Shown piece after piece: positions 50,879 to 58,981 of a stretch of 64,000 nucleotides of DNA. The notes beneath the pieces are model-generated. The model had not been told where the DNA came from. It saw nothing but the letters and a program-made list of their open reading frames with translations, and ran no database searches. The position numbers and the translations under genes are program-made. The stretch's first letter is position 1, and each line of letters starts with the position of its first letter. Location: contig CAYWDX010000001.1 of NCBI GenBank assembly GCA_964456235.1, positions 35,074-99,073 of the forward strand. Direction: 5' to 3'. The stretch is from an uncultured Candidatus Saccharibacteria bacterium (GTDB lineage: Bacteria > Patescibacteriota > Minisyncoccia > UBA6257 > 2-01-FULL-56-20).

Positions 50879-51065
50879 GCTCTTGCATAAACGTTTTCAT
50901 TCGCGCGACTTTCTTTTTCATTTCGCGAATCTCGGATATATCTTTCACTTTTCCCGCCGCGAGGTCAAACCGGAACGTGCGTAATTTTTCGTTTGCGTCT
51001 TTAATCATCGCCTGGAGTGCTTCCGCCGTTTGATGCTTTAAATCTTGGATGTCTTTCTTTTTCAT
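50862..51065 (-). CDS. rpmC: 50S ribosomal protein L29
   Basis: Helical 67-aa protein at the expected position. Confidence 0.85.
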   Translation of the reverse strand: MKKKDIQDLKHQTAEALQAMIKDANEKLRTFRFDLAAGKVKDISEIREMKKKVARMKTFMQEHGSKK

Positions 51066-51070
51066 GGCGA

Positions 51071-51481
51071 TTATTTCACAACGATTTTGGTTTTGACCGG
51101 CAATTTGAATGAAGCGAGGCGCAACGCTTCCCGCGCGGTCGCTTCAGGGACGCCGTCGATCTCGAACAGCATGCGCCCGGGACGGACTGGGAACACGTAG
51201 TGGTCCACGCTTCCCTTTCCGCCGCCCATCGTGGTTTCCGGCGGGCGGATCGTGACCGGCTTATCGGGGAACACGCGGATCCACAAGCGGCCGCTGCGCT
51301 TCAAGAAATTGGTAATCGTTTTGCGCGCCGCCTCGATCTGCCGGGAGTTCATCCATGACGCGCTCATCGCCTTCAAACCGTACTGCCCATACGAGAGCTC
51401 TAAACCGCGCGTCTCGACGAGGCGGCGGCGCGAGCGTCCCTTGTGCCATTTGCGATGTTTAACTTTTTTCGGGAGAAGCAT
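51071..51481 (-). CDS. rplP: 50S ribosomal protein L16
   Basis: MLLPKKVKHRKWHKGR. Confidence 0.95.
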   Translation of the reverse strand: MLLPKKVKHRKWHKGRSRRRLVETRGLELSYGQYGLKAMSASWMNSRQIEAARKTITNFLKRSGRLWIRVFPDKPVTIRPPETTMGGGKGSVDHYVFPVRPGRMLFEIDGVPEATAREALRLASFKLPVKTKIVVK

Positions 51482-51494
51482 GGGTGTAGTTCAA

Positions 51495-52220
51495 TTATTT
51501 TTCACGGCCGGCGGTTGCGGGGCGGCCCGGCGCTGCATGCGCGATAGGTGCCGCGCCCCTCCCTTTCTTGTCAAAAATTTCTCCTTTGTAGATCCACACG
51601 CGAATGCCGATCGTGCCATACGTCGTCTTTGCGGTTGCCTTCGCATAGTCAATATCGGCGCGCAAGGTTTGGAGCGGGAGCGAGCCGCGCGCGAGCCACT
51701 CGCGGCGCGCGATTTCATTGCCATCAAGACGCCCCGAGAGGAAAATCTTGACCCCTTTCGCTTCCTTATTCTGGGCGACCTGTTCTATATATTTCTTCAT
51801 CGTACGCCGGAATGGAAGGCGCTTCTCCAAATCCCACGCAATTTGCTGCGCGACATACGGCGCAGAAATTTCGGAGCGTTTTAACTCTTCGATATTCACG
51901 CTCAATGGAATTGGCTGCTTCGATTTGCGGACTTTGCGGATCGCGTTCGCAATCGCCTTGTTCAAGTCTTCCACCCCTTTGCCGCCGCGGCCAATGATGA
52001 GGCCCGGGCGGGCTGCGCGAATCAAAATGCGCAAGTTGCCCTGCGTGCGCTCGATCTCGACACCCGCGACGCCGGCGAGGCCGATCTTTTGCTTGATCAC
52101 GTTGCGGATCGCTTCGTCTTCTTCCAAAAACTTCGCGTACCCGCCCTTAAGGAACCAGCGGACCGGCCAGTTTTTGGTGACGCCCAAGCGGAATGAATTT
52201 GGATTAATTTTTTGTCCCAT
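51495..52220 (-). CDS. rpsC: 30S ribosomal protein S3
   Basis: KH domain followed by the S3 C-terminal domain. Confidence 0.95.
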   Translation of the reverse strand: MGQKINPNSFRLGVTKNWPVRWFLKGGYAKFLEEDEAIRNVIKQKIGLAGVAGVEIERTQGNLRILIRAARPGLIIGRGGKGVEDLNKAIANAIRKVRKSKQPIPLSVNIEELKRSEISAPYVAQQIAWDLEKRLPFRRTMKKYIEQVAQNKEAKGVKIFLSGRLDGNEIARREWLARGSLPLQTLRADIDYAKATAKTTYGTIGIRVWIYKGEIFDKKGRGAAPIAHAAPGRPATAGREK

Positions 52221-52222
52221 GG

Positions 52223-52756
52223 TTATTTCGAGGTGCGCGCTTTCGGATTAAACATGCGCTTCAGGAAGCCCGGCTTTTTCTCCGACTTTTTCTCGGCTTC
52301 GGGACGCATCGTTTCTTTGCCGCTCGACGCGCCTTTCGCTTTCGGGTGCTTGCGCTCCTCGCCGCGCGGAATTTTGGTTTTCTTCGGCGCAACGATTTGA
52401 TATTTCGGGGTGAGATTTTCGTTTACGCCAAGAACGAGCGTCACGTTGCTCATTTTCTTTTGGATCGGCGATGCCGAACCGCGGGCGCGCGGCAACATCC
52501 GCTTCAACATCGGTCCCCCGTCCACCCGGAATGACGCGATAAAAAGATGGTTGGGGTTCAAACGCTGGTTGTTCTTAGCATTCGCCACCGCCGAGCGCAA
52601 GAGTTTTAAAAGCGCTTTTGCCGGGCGGCGCGGCTGCACGAGGAGCTGCGCTTCCGCGTCATTCACCGAAAGCCCTTTTACGAGATCGGCAACGCTGCGC
52701 ACTTTGCGGGGCGCGATCCTTAAGTAATTCAGTTTTGCGATTTGCGTCGTTGCCAT
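52223..52756 (-). CDS. rplV: 50S ribosomal protein L22 with Lys-rich C-terminal extension
   Basis: L22 core of about 115 aa plus a basic tail of about 60 aa. Confidence 0.85.
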   Translation of the reverse strand: MATTQIAKLNYLRIAPRKVRSVADLVKGLSVNDAEAQLLVQPRRPAKALLKLLRSAVANAKNNQRLNPNHLFIASFRVDGGPMLKRMLPRARGSASPIQKKMSNVTLVLGVNENLTPKYQIVAPKKTKIPRGEERKHPKAKGASSGKETMRPEAEKKSEKKPGFLKRMFNPKARTSK

Positions 52757-52772
52757 GGTTGTGTATAGGGCG

Positions 52773-53114
52773 CTATTTCGCTGCAGGCGCGGCCTTTGCG
52801 GCGGCGGCCTGCGAACGCTCCGTTTCGGCGGCCTTTATTTCAAGTTCTTTCTGGATCTTGCCGCCGTGCTTCACGAATTTACGCGTCGGTGAAAATTCTC
52901 CGAGGCGGTGGCCCACCATTTCTTCAGACACGCGCACTTCTACAAAGGCGCGGCCGTTGTGCACGCCGAACGTATAACCCACCATTTCGGGTGCGATTTC
53001 GGATGCGCGCGACCACGTTTTAATGACGCCCGCCGCTTCGGGCTTGCCAAGTTTAGCCATCTTCGCAAGAAGGCGCTGGTCAACGTACGGTCCTTTTTTG
53101 AGTGATCGAGACAT
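52773..53114 (-). CDS. rpsS: 30S ribosomal protein S19 (with Ala/Lys-rich C-terminal tail)
   Basis: [12 protein letters not shown]...GHRLGEF. Confidence 0.9.
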   Translation of the reverse strand: MSRSLKKGPYVDQRLLAKMAKLGKPEAAGVIKTWSRASEIAPEMVGYTFGVHNGRAFVEVRVSEEMVGHRLGEFSPTRKFVKHGGKIQKELEIKAAETERSQAAAAKAAPAAK

Positions 53115-53144
53115 GTTAATGAAAATTTAATATGGCGATGTTTT

Positions 53145-53981
53145 TTATTTTTTCTTGCGCGGGGGCCGGCGCGACAAAATAAACTTGCCGGATTTTTTCT
53201 TGCGGTTGCGCGTCTTGTGCCCACCCGTCACCTTGCCCCACAGCGTCTTCGGCTTGCGGGTGCCGCGCGGCTGGCTGCCTTCGCCGCCACCATACGGGTG
53301 GTCAACCGGGTTCATCGCCTTGCCGCGAACCGTCGGCCGGATGCCGAGCCAGCGCGAGCGGCCAGCTTTTCCGATCGAAACCAAACTCCATTCGGCGTTT
53401 GAGACCTGGCCGAGCGAAGCGAGGCCAGACCAAAGTACGCGACGGATTTCGCCCGATGACAATTTAAGATCCGTGTACCCGTCCGCGTTCGCCAAAATTT
53501 CCGCGTATGATCCCGCTGACCGCGCCAGCTGCCCACCGCGGCCCGGCGTCATTTCAATATTGTGGACCTGGTAGCCGACCGGAATATTTTTGAGCATCAT
53601 GCGGTTGCCCATTTTGAGCGGCGCGGATTCTGCGGTGAACAATTCCGTTCCGACCGCGAGGCCTTCCGGCGCCAAAATATAGGAGCGGCTGCCGTCGGCC
53701 TGCTTCATGCGCGCGATGAACGCCGTGCGATACGGGTCATATTCGAGCGTCTCCACCATCGCCTTCGTGTTCAAGCGGTTCTGTTTAAAATCCACCATGC
53801 GATACATCTTTTTATTGCCGCCGCCCTGGTGGCGCGTCGTGATCCGGCCCTGCGCGTTGCGGCCGGCGTTATCTTGCAGGCGCACCAAAAGCGGCTTCCA
53901 CGGGCGAACGTCGGAAAGCTTGCGATAGTCGGGGGCGGTCATGGAACGCCGCGAGGCGCTTGTGGGTTTATAGATTTTCAT
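53145..53981 (-). CDS. rplB: 50S ribosomal protein L2
   Basis: HPYGGGEG signature. Confidence 0.95.
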   Translation of the reverse strand: MKIYKPTSASRRSMTAPDYRKLSDVRPWKPLLVRLQDNAGRNAQGRITTRHQGGGNKKMYRMVDFKQNRLNTKAMVETLEYDPYRTAFIARMKQADGSRSYILAPEGLAVGTELFTAESAPLKMGNRMMLKNIPVGYQVHNIEMTPGRGGQLARSAGSYAEILANADGYTDLKLSSGEIRRVLWSGLASLGQVSNAEWSLVSIGKAGRSRWLGIRPTVRGKAMNPVDHPYGGGEGSQPRGTRKPKTLWGKVTGGHKTRNRKKKSGKFILSRRPPRKKK

Positions 53982-54259
53982 TATTGGAGATCAATTTTTT
54001 GGCCGGTTTTCAGCGTGACAATCGCCTTGCGGTATCCTTGCTGCCGCCCTTTCATCGTCGAACCAAAACGTTTTTTCTTTGGCGGACGGTTCACGATCTG
54101 TACCTGGACCGGATCAACCTTGTACGCTTCCTTCACCGCTTTTTTGATTTCTGGTTTCGTCGCTTTGTGTTTCACGATAAAAACGTACTTGCCGAGCTCC
54201 GAGAGGCGCGCGGATTTTTCAGTGACCCAGGGCTTCTTGATGATGAAGAGGTCGGCCAT
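53981..54259 (-). CDS. rplW: 50S ribosomal protein L23
   Basis: Sequence and position. Confidence 0.9.
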   Translation of the reverse strand: MADLFIIKKPWVTEKSARLSELGKYVFIVKHKATKPEIKKAVKEAYKVDPVQVQIVNRPPKKKRFGSTMKGRQQGYRKAIVTLKTGQKIDLQ

Positions 54260-54261
54260 GG

Positions 54262-54906
54262 CTATACGGTGTAGTGCTTTGCGATAACCTCTGCCGCCGA
54301 CTTTTCGATCAGTAAATTCTTGTGGTTCAAAATGTCTTGCAGATTGAGCGAGGTCGCGGTGAGCGTTTTTGCCTTTTGCAAATTTGCGGACGCGCGCTCA
54401 AGATTGCGGCTCGTCCCCGCGGGAATGAGGAGCGCGTCAAATCGCTTCGCTCCCTTCTTCATGTTCAAGATTTGATTGAGCGCCGACGCGAGAATTTTTG
54501 TTTTCGGTGCTTCAACCGTAAGATTTTCGAAAAATTTAATCTCGCCGTCTTTCGCCTTGCGCGAAAGCGCAGAGAAAATCGCGATGCGCTTCATTTTTTT
54601 ATTCACCTTTTGCGAATAGTCGCGCTCGTTCGTCGGCCCGTGCGCCTTACCACCACCGACCCACAGGGGCGAGCGGATGGATCCGTGGCGCGCGCGGCCC
54701 GTCCCCTTTTGCCGCCAGGGCTTTTTACCGCCGCCGCGCACTTCGCCGCGACCTTTTGCGTGCGCCCACGGGTGGCGCTCATTCGCGAGTTCAGCCAAAA
54801 GCACTTGCTTCACGAGCGTCGGTTTCCACGGCGCGCCAAACACCTTCTCCGGGAGTTCCATCGTGCCCACTTTTTCATTCTTCAAATTATAGAGGTCGGC
54901 GTTCAT
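54262..54906 (-). CDS. rplD: 50S ribosomal protein L4
   Basis: Sequence and position. Confidence 0.9.
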   Translation of the reverse strand: MNADLYNLKNEKVGTMELPEKVFGAPWKPTLVKQVLLAELANERHPWAHAKGRGEVRGGGKKPWRQKGTGRARHGSIRSPLWVGGGKAHGPTNERDYSQKVNKKMKRIAIFSALSRKAKDGEIKFFENLTVEAPKTKILASALNQILNMKKGAKRFDALLIPAGTSRNLERASANLQKAKTLTATSLNLQDILNHKNLLIEKSAAEVIAKHYTV

Positions 54907-54916
54907 GGCAAAAATA

Positions 54917-55474
54917 TTAATTGCGGATCTCGAGGAGGCCGCCGCGCGCGCCCGGAACCGCGCCGCGCAAGAGAATCAGATTTTTTTCTTTATCAATGCC
55001 CGCGACGACGAGGTTTTTCACCGTCACGCGATCCGTGCCCATGTGTCCCGCCATCCGGCGTCCGGGTACCACGCGCTGGAATGCGGTGGAACCAATCGAG
55101 CCGGGCGCGCGGAAGCGATTTTTTTGGCCGTGCGTTTTTGGCCCGCCGCCAAAACCGTGGCGCTTCACGACGCCTTGGAAACCGCGGCCCTTCGTGATGC
55201 CGCTCACCCGGACTCTTTCGCCTTCTTTAAAAGATTCCACGGTCACTTCGTCGCCGGCTTTGAATTGTGCGACGTCGATCGGATGCCACTCGCGATTGCG
55301 AAATTCCCGCTTCGCTTTGCCGAGCATCACCTGCACGGCTTCGTATCCTTCCTTTTCCTTGCTGCGCAAAAGTCCCACCTTATTCGGCTGGGCTTCAACG
55401 ACCGTGACGGGCACCACTTTGCCCTCGTTCCACATCTGGGTCATTTTCACTTTTTTACCCAAGATAAACGCCAT
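54917..55474 (-). CDS. rplC: 50S ribosomal protein L3
   Basis: Start taken at MAFILGKKVKMTQ (consensus L3 N-terminus KKxGMTQ). The longer ORF to 55522 would translate through the leader hairpin. Confidence 0.9.
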   Translation of the reverse strand: MAFILGKKVKMTQMWNEGKVVPVTVVEAQPNKVGLLRSKEKEGYEAVQVMLGKAKREFRNREWHPIDVAQFKAGDEVTVESFKEGERVRVSGITKGRGFQGVVKRHGFGGGPKTHGQKNRFRAPGSIGSTAFQRVVPGRRMAGHMGTDRVTVKNLVVAGIDKEKNLILLRGAVPGARGGLLEIRN

Positions 55475-55506
55475 GGTAAAAATAAAAATTCCGGCATTCA
55501 CCGGAA
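55475..55506 (-). promoter_or_regulatory. Terminator/attenuator-like hairpin plus U-tract in the rplC leader
   Basis: Minus strand reads ttccgg-tgaatg-ccggaa followed by TTTTTATTTTTA, ending 1-3 nt before the rplC ATG. Confidence 0.45.
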
Positions 55507-55623
55507 GTTCACGCACCGCCACCGATACCCCATCATTACATGGGATTTTTACTTAAGATAAACGCTCCTCGTCCTCCTAAGCGGGTAGTGATTTGCATGA
55601 AACTTCCGAGAAACCTTGTGCAG

Positions 55624-55653
55624 AGTCTATCAAATTTTGCGGTTAACTGTCAA
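55624..55653 (-). promoter_or_regulatory. Sigma70-like promoter for the rplC operon (TTGACA-N18-TAGACT)
   Basis: -35 at 55653-55648 and -10 at 55629-55624 on the minus strand. Confidence 0.5.
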
Positions 55654-55665
55654 TTATGGTATATT
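55637..55665 (+). promoter_or_regulatory. Divergent promoter TTGCGG-N17-TATATT
   Basis: Positioned back to back with the rplC promoter. Would drive a transcript of about 85 nt ending at the 55718 hairpin. Confidence 0.4.
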
Positions 55666-55717
55666 GAGGGGAGCACTCAGGTAGTCTTGTGGAGCACGCG
55701 AAGGTCCCCCCCACCCG

Positions 55718-55752
55718 AAGCCGCGGCGCAAGTCGCGGCTTTTCCTTTTATT
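55718..55752 (+). terminator. Hairpin terminator, copy A of a twin GCAA-tetraloop element
   Basis: aagccgcggc-gcaa-gtcgcggctt (10-bp stem with one G.U pair) followed by TTCCTTTTATT. Confidence 0.6.
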
Positions 55753-55772
55753 AAAAATTTATTAAGAAAATG

Positions 55773-55801
55773 TTGACTTTGTGATGAGTGCGTGCTAATG
55801 T
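55773..55801 (+). promoter_or_regulatory. Promoter TTGACT-N17-TAATGT for the small membrane protein gene
   Basis: Hexamers at 55773-55778 and 55796-55801. The GGGGGTGGAG RBS follows at 55821-55830. Confidence 0.5.
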
Positions 55802-55831
55802 ATGGGCAGTAAGTACCTTAGGGGGTGGAGC

Positions 55832-56116
55832 ATGAAAGCGCGCCGTCGACGCTTCTTCGCTTGGGCCATGGTGGCAGTAGCTGCAATCTTCGCGAGCTTC
55901 GTGATACCGTTCGTCCTCCTGAAGTTCCGCGTCCCGGCGGACAACGGGGTGATCTGGACAACGGTCAACGGATTGAGCGCCGTGAGTATCCTTGCGGGCG
56001 TGTGCATCCTTTATCGGATCGCCGTCGAAAGGGAGACCCTGAATCTCATGGAGTCCCAGCTGGCCGATCGGTACAATCGGCGGCGCGAGGTCCACAACGC
56101 CTGGCTCTTTGGTTAG
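55832..56116 (+). CDS. Small membrane protein (94 aa, two TM helices, Arg-rich N-terminus) inserted between rpsJ and rplC
   Basis: ATG at 55832 sits 5 nt after a strong SD. The first in-frame ATG at 55802 abuts the -10 box and so is probably not translated. Own promoter and terminator. No recognised family. Confidence 0.55.
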   Translation: MKARRRRFFAWAMVAVAAIFASFVIPFVLLKFRVPADNGVIWTTVNGLSAVSILAGVCILYRIAVERETLNLMESQLADRYNRRREVHNAWLFG

Positions 56117-56132
56117 TAAACCCAACAACCAA

Positions 56133-56166
56133 AAGCCGCAGCGCAAGCTGCGGCTTTTTCTTTTTC
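56133..56166. terminator. Bidirectional hairpin terminator, copy B of the twin element
   Basis: aagccgcagc-gcaa-gctgcggctt followed by TTTCTTTTT on the plus strand and TTTTGGTTGTTGGGTTT on the minus strand. Confidence 0.65.
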
Positions 56167-56178
56167 TGCCAAGGGTCA

Positions 56179-56316
56179 TAGAAAAGTCTTTCGAGGGGGC
56201 TCTCGGAGGCGCTCGCAGCTTGGTCTTTCGCGAAGCGGAAGTGCGAGCGCTGAGAGAGCAGGGTGGCTCGTGCCGCTGGAGCACGAGAACACCCGTACCC
56301 GAGAAAGACTTTTCTA
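56179..56316. repeat. MITE-like structured inverted-repeat element (12-bp terminal inverted repeats, 14 bp with the flanking TA; two internal hairpins), abutting the rpsJ stop codon
   Basis: tagaaaagtctttc at 56179-56192 is the exact reverse complement of gaaagacttttcta at 56303-56316. Inner hairpins: gctctc-ggag-gcgctcgca/tgcgagcgc-tga-gagagc (56199-56259) and gggtg-g-ctcgtgc/gcacgag-aa-caccc (56261-56295). Confidence 0.5.
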
Positions 56317-56643
56317 GACCATCTTCACCTCCACGTCGACACCGGCGGGAAGATTCAAGTTTGAAAGTGATTCGATGATCTTCTGGCTCGGATTCATGAT
56401 CTCCACGAGGCGTTTGTGCACGCGGAGTTCGAACTGCTCGCGCGAATCCTTATGGACGAATGTCGAGCGGTTCACGGTGTAGTGCTTGATTTCGGTCGGC
56501 AACGGAATCGGGCCCACCACTTTAGCATCGTTGCGCTCGGCGGCTTCAATGATTTGGCGCGCCGAGGTATCGATCAATTTGTGATCGTAGGATTTGATTC
56601 GCAAACGGACTTTCTGGAGAACTTCCGATTCCTTTTTTGCCAT
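56314..56643 (-). CDS. rpsJ: 30S ribosomal protein S10
   Basis: Sequence identifies S10. It lies immediately downstream of tuf. Confidence 0.95.
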   Translation of the reverse strand: MAKKESEVLQKVRLRIKSYDHKLIDTSARQIIEAAERNDAKVVGPIPLPTEIKHYTVNRSTFVHKDSREQFELRVHKRLVEIMNPSQKIIESLSNLNLPAGVDVEVKMV

Positions 56644-56644
56644 A

Positions 56645-57844
56645 TTACTTGACGATCTTCGTTACAACGCCGGCGCCTACGGTTTTGCCACCCTCGCGGA
56701 TAGCGAAGCGCTGCTTCTCTTCGAGCGCCACGGGACTGATGAGCTTCACGGTAAGCTTCACCGTGTCGCCCGGCATGACCATTTCCATGCCATCCGGCAA
56801 GGTCACTTCGCCCGTCACATCCGTCGTACGGATGTAGAACTGCGGCTTGTAACCCTTGAAGAACGGCGAGTGACGGCCACCTTCCTCTTTCGAGAGCACG
56901 TAGACTTCGGTTTCGAATTCCGAGTGCGGCGTTACCGTTCCCGGTTTCGCGATCACCTGACCGCGCTCAACGTCTTCCTTCTTCAAGCCGCGGAGCAAGG
57001 CGCCAACGTTGTCGCCGGCCATACCTTCATCCAACAGCTTGTTGAACATTTCAATACCGGTGATGACGGTCTTCACCGTCGGGCGGAGACCAACGATCTC
57101 AACTTCCTCGTTCACCTTCACCTTGCCACGTTCCACGCGGCCCGTAACGACGGTACCGCGGCCTTCGATCGAGAAGATATCTTCGATCGGCATAAGGAAC
57201 GGCTTGTCGAGTTCGCGCGTCGGCGTCGGGAAATATTCATCCATCGCCGCAACGAGGTCCAAGATCGGTTTTGCGTCGGCGTCGTCACCGGAAGCCGCGT
57301 TCAATGCCTTCAAGGCCGAGCCGCGGATCACCGGCGCTTTGTCGCCGTCGAACTGATATTTCTTCAAGAGCTCGCGGACTTCAGATTCCACGAGGTCGAT
57401 GAGTTCTGGATCATCCACTTGGTCGCACTTGTTCAAGAACACAATAATGTTCGGGACGCCTACCTGGTGCGCAAGCAAGATGTGCTCCCGCGTCTGCGGC
57501 ATCGGACCATCCGTGGCCGCAACGACGAGGATCGCGCCGTCCATCTGGGCGGCACCCGTGATCATGTTTTTGATGTAGTCAGCGTGGCCCGGAGCGTCGA
57601 TGTGCGCATAGTGGCGCTTCGCCGACTCGTATTCCGAGTGGTGAAGGGCGATCGTGATGCCACGCGCCTTTTCTTCCGGAGCGTTGTCGATCTGGTCAAC
57701 TGCTTCCTCTTTTTTTGCCAAACCCTTTTTGAACAACACGTGCGTGATCGCGGCGGTCAGGGTCGTCTTGCCGTGATCCACGTGGCCGATCGTACCCACG
57801 TTCAAGTGGGGCTTTGATCGATCAAATTTTTCCTTTTCTGCCAT
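56645..57844 (-). CDS. tuf: Elongation factor Tu
   Basis: [15 protein letters not shown] and NKCD motifs. Confidence 0.95.
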   Translation of the reverse strand: MAEKEKFDRSKPHLNVGTIGHVDHGKTTLTAAITHVLFKKGLAKKEEAVDQIDNAPEEKARGITIALHHSEYESAKRHYAHIDAPGHADYIKNMITGAAQMDGAILVVAATDGPMPQTREHILLAHQVGVPNIIVFLNKCDQVDDPELIDLVESEVRELLKKYQFDGDKAPVIRGSALKALNAASGDDADAKPILDLVAAMDEYFPTPTRELDKPFLMPIEDIFSIEGRGTVVTGRVERGKVKVNEEVEIVGLRPTVKTVITGIEMFNKLLDEGMAGDNVGALLRGLKKEDVERGQVIAKPGTVTPHSEFETEVYVLSKEEGGRHSPFFKGYKPQFYIRTTDVTGEVTLPDGMEMVMPGDTVKLTVKLISPVALEEKQRFAIREGGKTVGAGVVTKIVK

Positions 57845-58021
57845 TTGTTTTTTAGAATTTTTTAATGTTTATTTAACAATCATGACAATCGATCGAACAA
57901 ACAGAAGATGAGGCAAAGCCCCATCTCGTGCGGGTTGCTAGGCCGCTCTTTTCACTTTCCTATCAACCAGGAGATTAGCCAATCGACCCGAAAGTTCCCC
58001 TCGATGCAGGAAGTACCAAGG

Positions 58022-58051
58022 CATTCTATGGCAGAACTCCGGTTTTTGTCA
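58022..58051 (-). promoter_or_regulatory. Near-consensus promoter TTGACA-N18-TAGAAT upstream of tuf
   Basis: -35 at 58051-58046 and -10 at 58027-58022 on the minus strand. Lies about 170 nt upstream of the tuf ATG. Confidence 0.5.
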
Positions 58052-58057
58052 AATATT

Positions 58058-58094
58058 TGCCGAAGAAATACGCCCGCCGCGAAACGCGGCGGGC
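58058..58094 (-). terminator. Intrinsic terminator of the inserted secreted-protein gene
   Basis: Minus strand gcccgccgcg-ttt-cgcggcgggc followed by GTATTTCTTCGG. Confidence 0.55.
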
Positions 58095-58113
58095 ATGGAT
58101 GCACTTCTCACAC

Positions 58114-58953
58114 TTACTGGCCCGAATTCCAACGCGGATTTCTTGGGTACCGGTGCTTCAGGTAGCGCTCGATTTCAAGGATGGGATGGTCCGCTTCGAA
58201 GCCGGATTGGTCTTTCGCAGCCCGGCGCCTCCGTTCCGCGTCGAGGATGAAAATGTAAATGTCATCCACGAACGGCGACGAGTTGCCGTGCAGCGCATCT
58301 TCGATGACCTCCACGGCGTGCGATCGGTCGCGGGGAATCCTCGCAAGGAGGACTCCCATCTTCCGAAACCCTCCCTGCTCGCTCGCTTTGTATTCATAGA
58401 GGCCGAGGAGGAATTTCGCCTGCTTGGACTTTGAGTGTGCCGCGACGTCGAGGAACGCCCGGTGATCTTTTTCGATCGCCTGCTTCGCCGAGAACCATCC
58501 TTCATTTTCGCCACGGAGGGTCATCCGCAGGGAATAGAAGCCGGTGGCAAGGTATTCGCAGTCGATCGTGTCCCCTGCAATCGCGCGGATCGTATCGCGA
58601 CTTGCTTCGGTGCACCCACGCGCTTCGTATTCGGCGATAGCCTCATCGAGCGCTCGGATTTCCAAAGCGTACTCCTCTTGCGGCAGCTCGCCCCGCTCCT
58701 TTCGGCGTTCGGAAAAGCGGTCGTACGCGAGACGCAGCCCGACGAGCATGTCTCCAGGGTGCGCCTGTACATATTCGAGAAATCTTTTCTGCGCCTCTCC
58801 ATGTTCGCCGTTATAGGAGAGGGTGATCGCATCTCGAAGCGTCAAGACGTCCTTGGCGTGATCATGCTTCGGCTTGGAATCGTCGACGGCAGCGGCGAAT
58901 CCAAGCGTGCTTGACGAGCAAATCAAAAACAAGAACAGCACGCGAGCTTTCAT
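58114..58953 (-). CDS. Hypothetical secreted alpha-helical protein (279 aa) inserted between fusA and tuf
   Basis: Signal peptide MKARVLFLFLICSSSTLGFAAA, AAGGAG RBS, own promoter and terminator. No recognised family. Confidence 0.6.
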   Translation of the reverse strand: MKARVLFLFLICSSSTLGFAAAVDDSKPKHDHAKDVLTLRDAITLSYNGEHGEAQKRFLEYVQAHPGDMLVGLRLAYDRFSERRKERGELPQEEYALEIRALDEAIAEYEARGCTEASRDTIRAIAGDTIDCEYLATGFYSLRMTLRGENEGWFSAKQAIEKDHRAFLDVAAHSKSKQAKFLLGLYEYKASEQGGFRKMGVLLARIPRDRSHAVEVIEDALHGNSSPFVDDIYIFILDAERRRRAAKDQSGFEADHPILEIERYLKHRYPRNPRWNSGQ

Positions 58954-58981
58954 CGCCGCTCCTTTATGTATTGAGTTATCC

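Noticed and set aside
54322-55561. 291, 218 and 211-aa plus-strand ORFs opposite rplD and rplC
   Set aside because: They are antisense to conserved ribosomal protein genes and have an R/P-rich composition.
55718-56166. The two near-identical hairpins as a possible CRISPR array
   Set aside because: There are only two copies 415 nt apart, the intervening region is a gene rather than a spacer, and there are no cas genes. They are better explained as a terminator/REP-like pair.
55751-56284. 177-aa minus-strand ORF between rplC and rpsJ
   Set aside because: It spans the twin hairpins, the small gene and the inverted-repeat element. It has no RBS and a low-complexity R/P/S-rich translation, so it is an artefact of structured GC-rich DNA.
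57845-58021. Possible tRNA genes in the 170-nt tuf leader, as in E. coli thrU-tufB
   Set aside because: There is no T-loop or acceptor complementarity. The sequence GGTTGATAGG does not form a tRNA.
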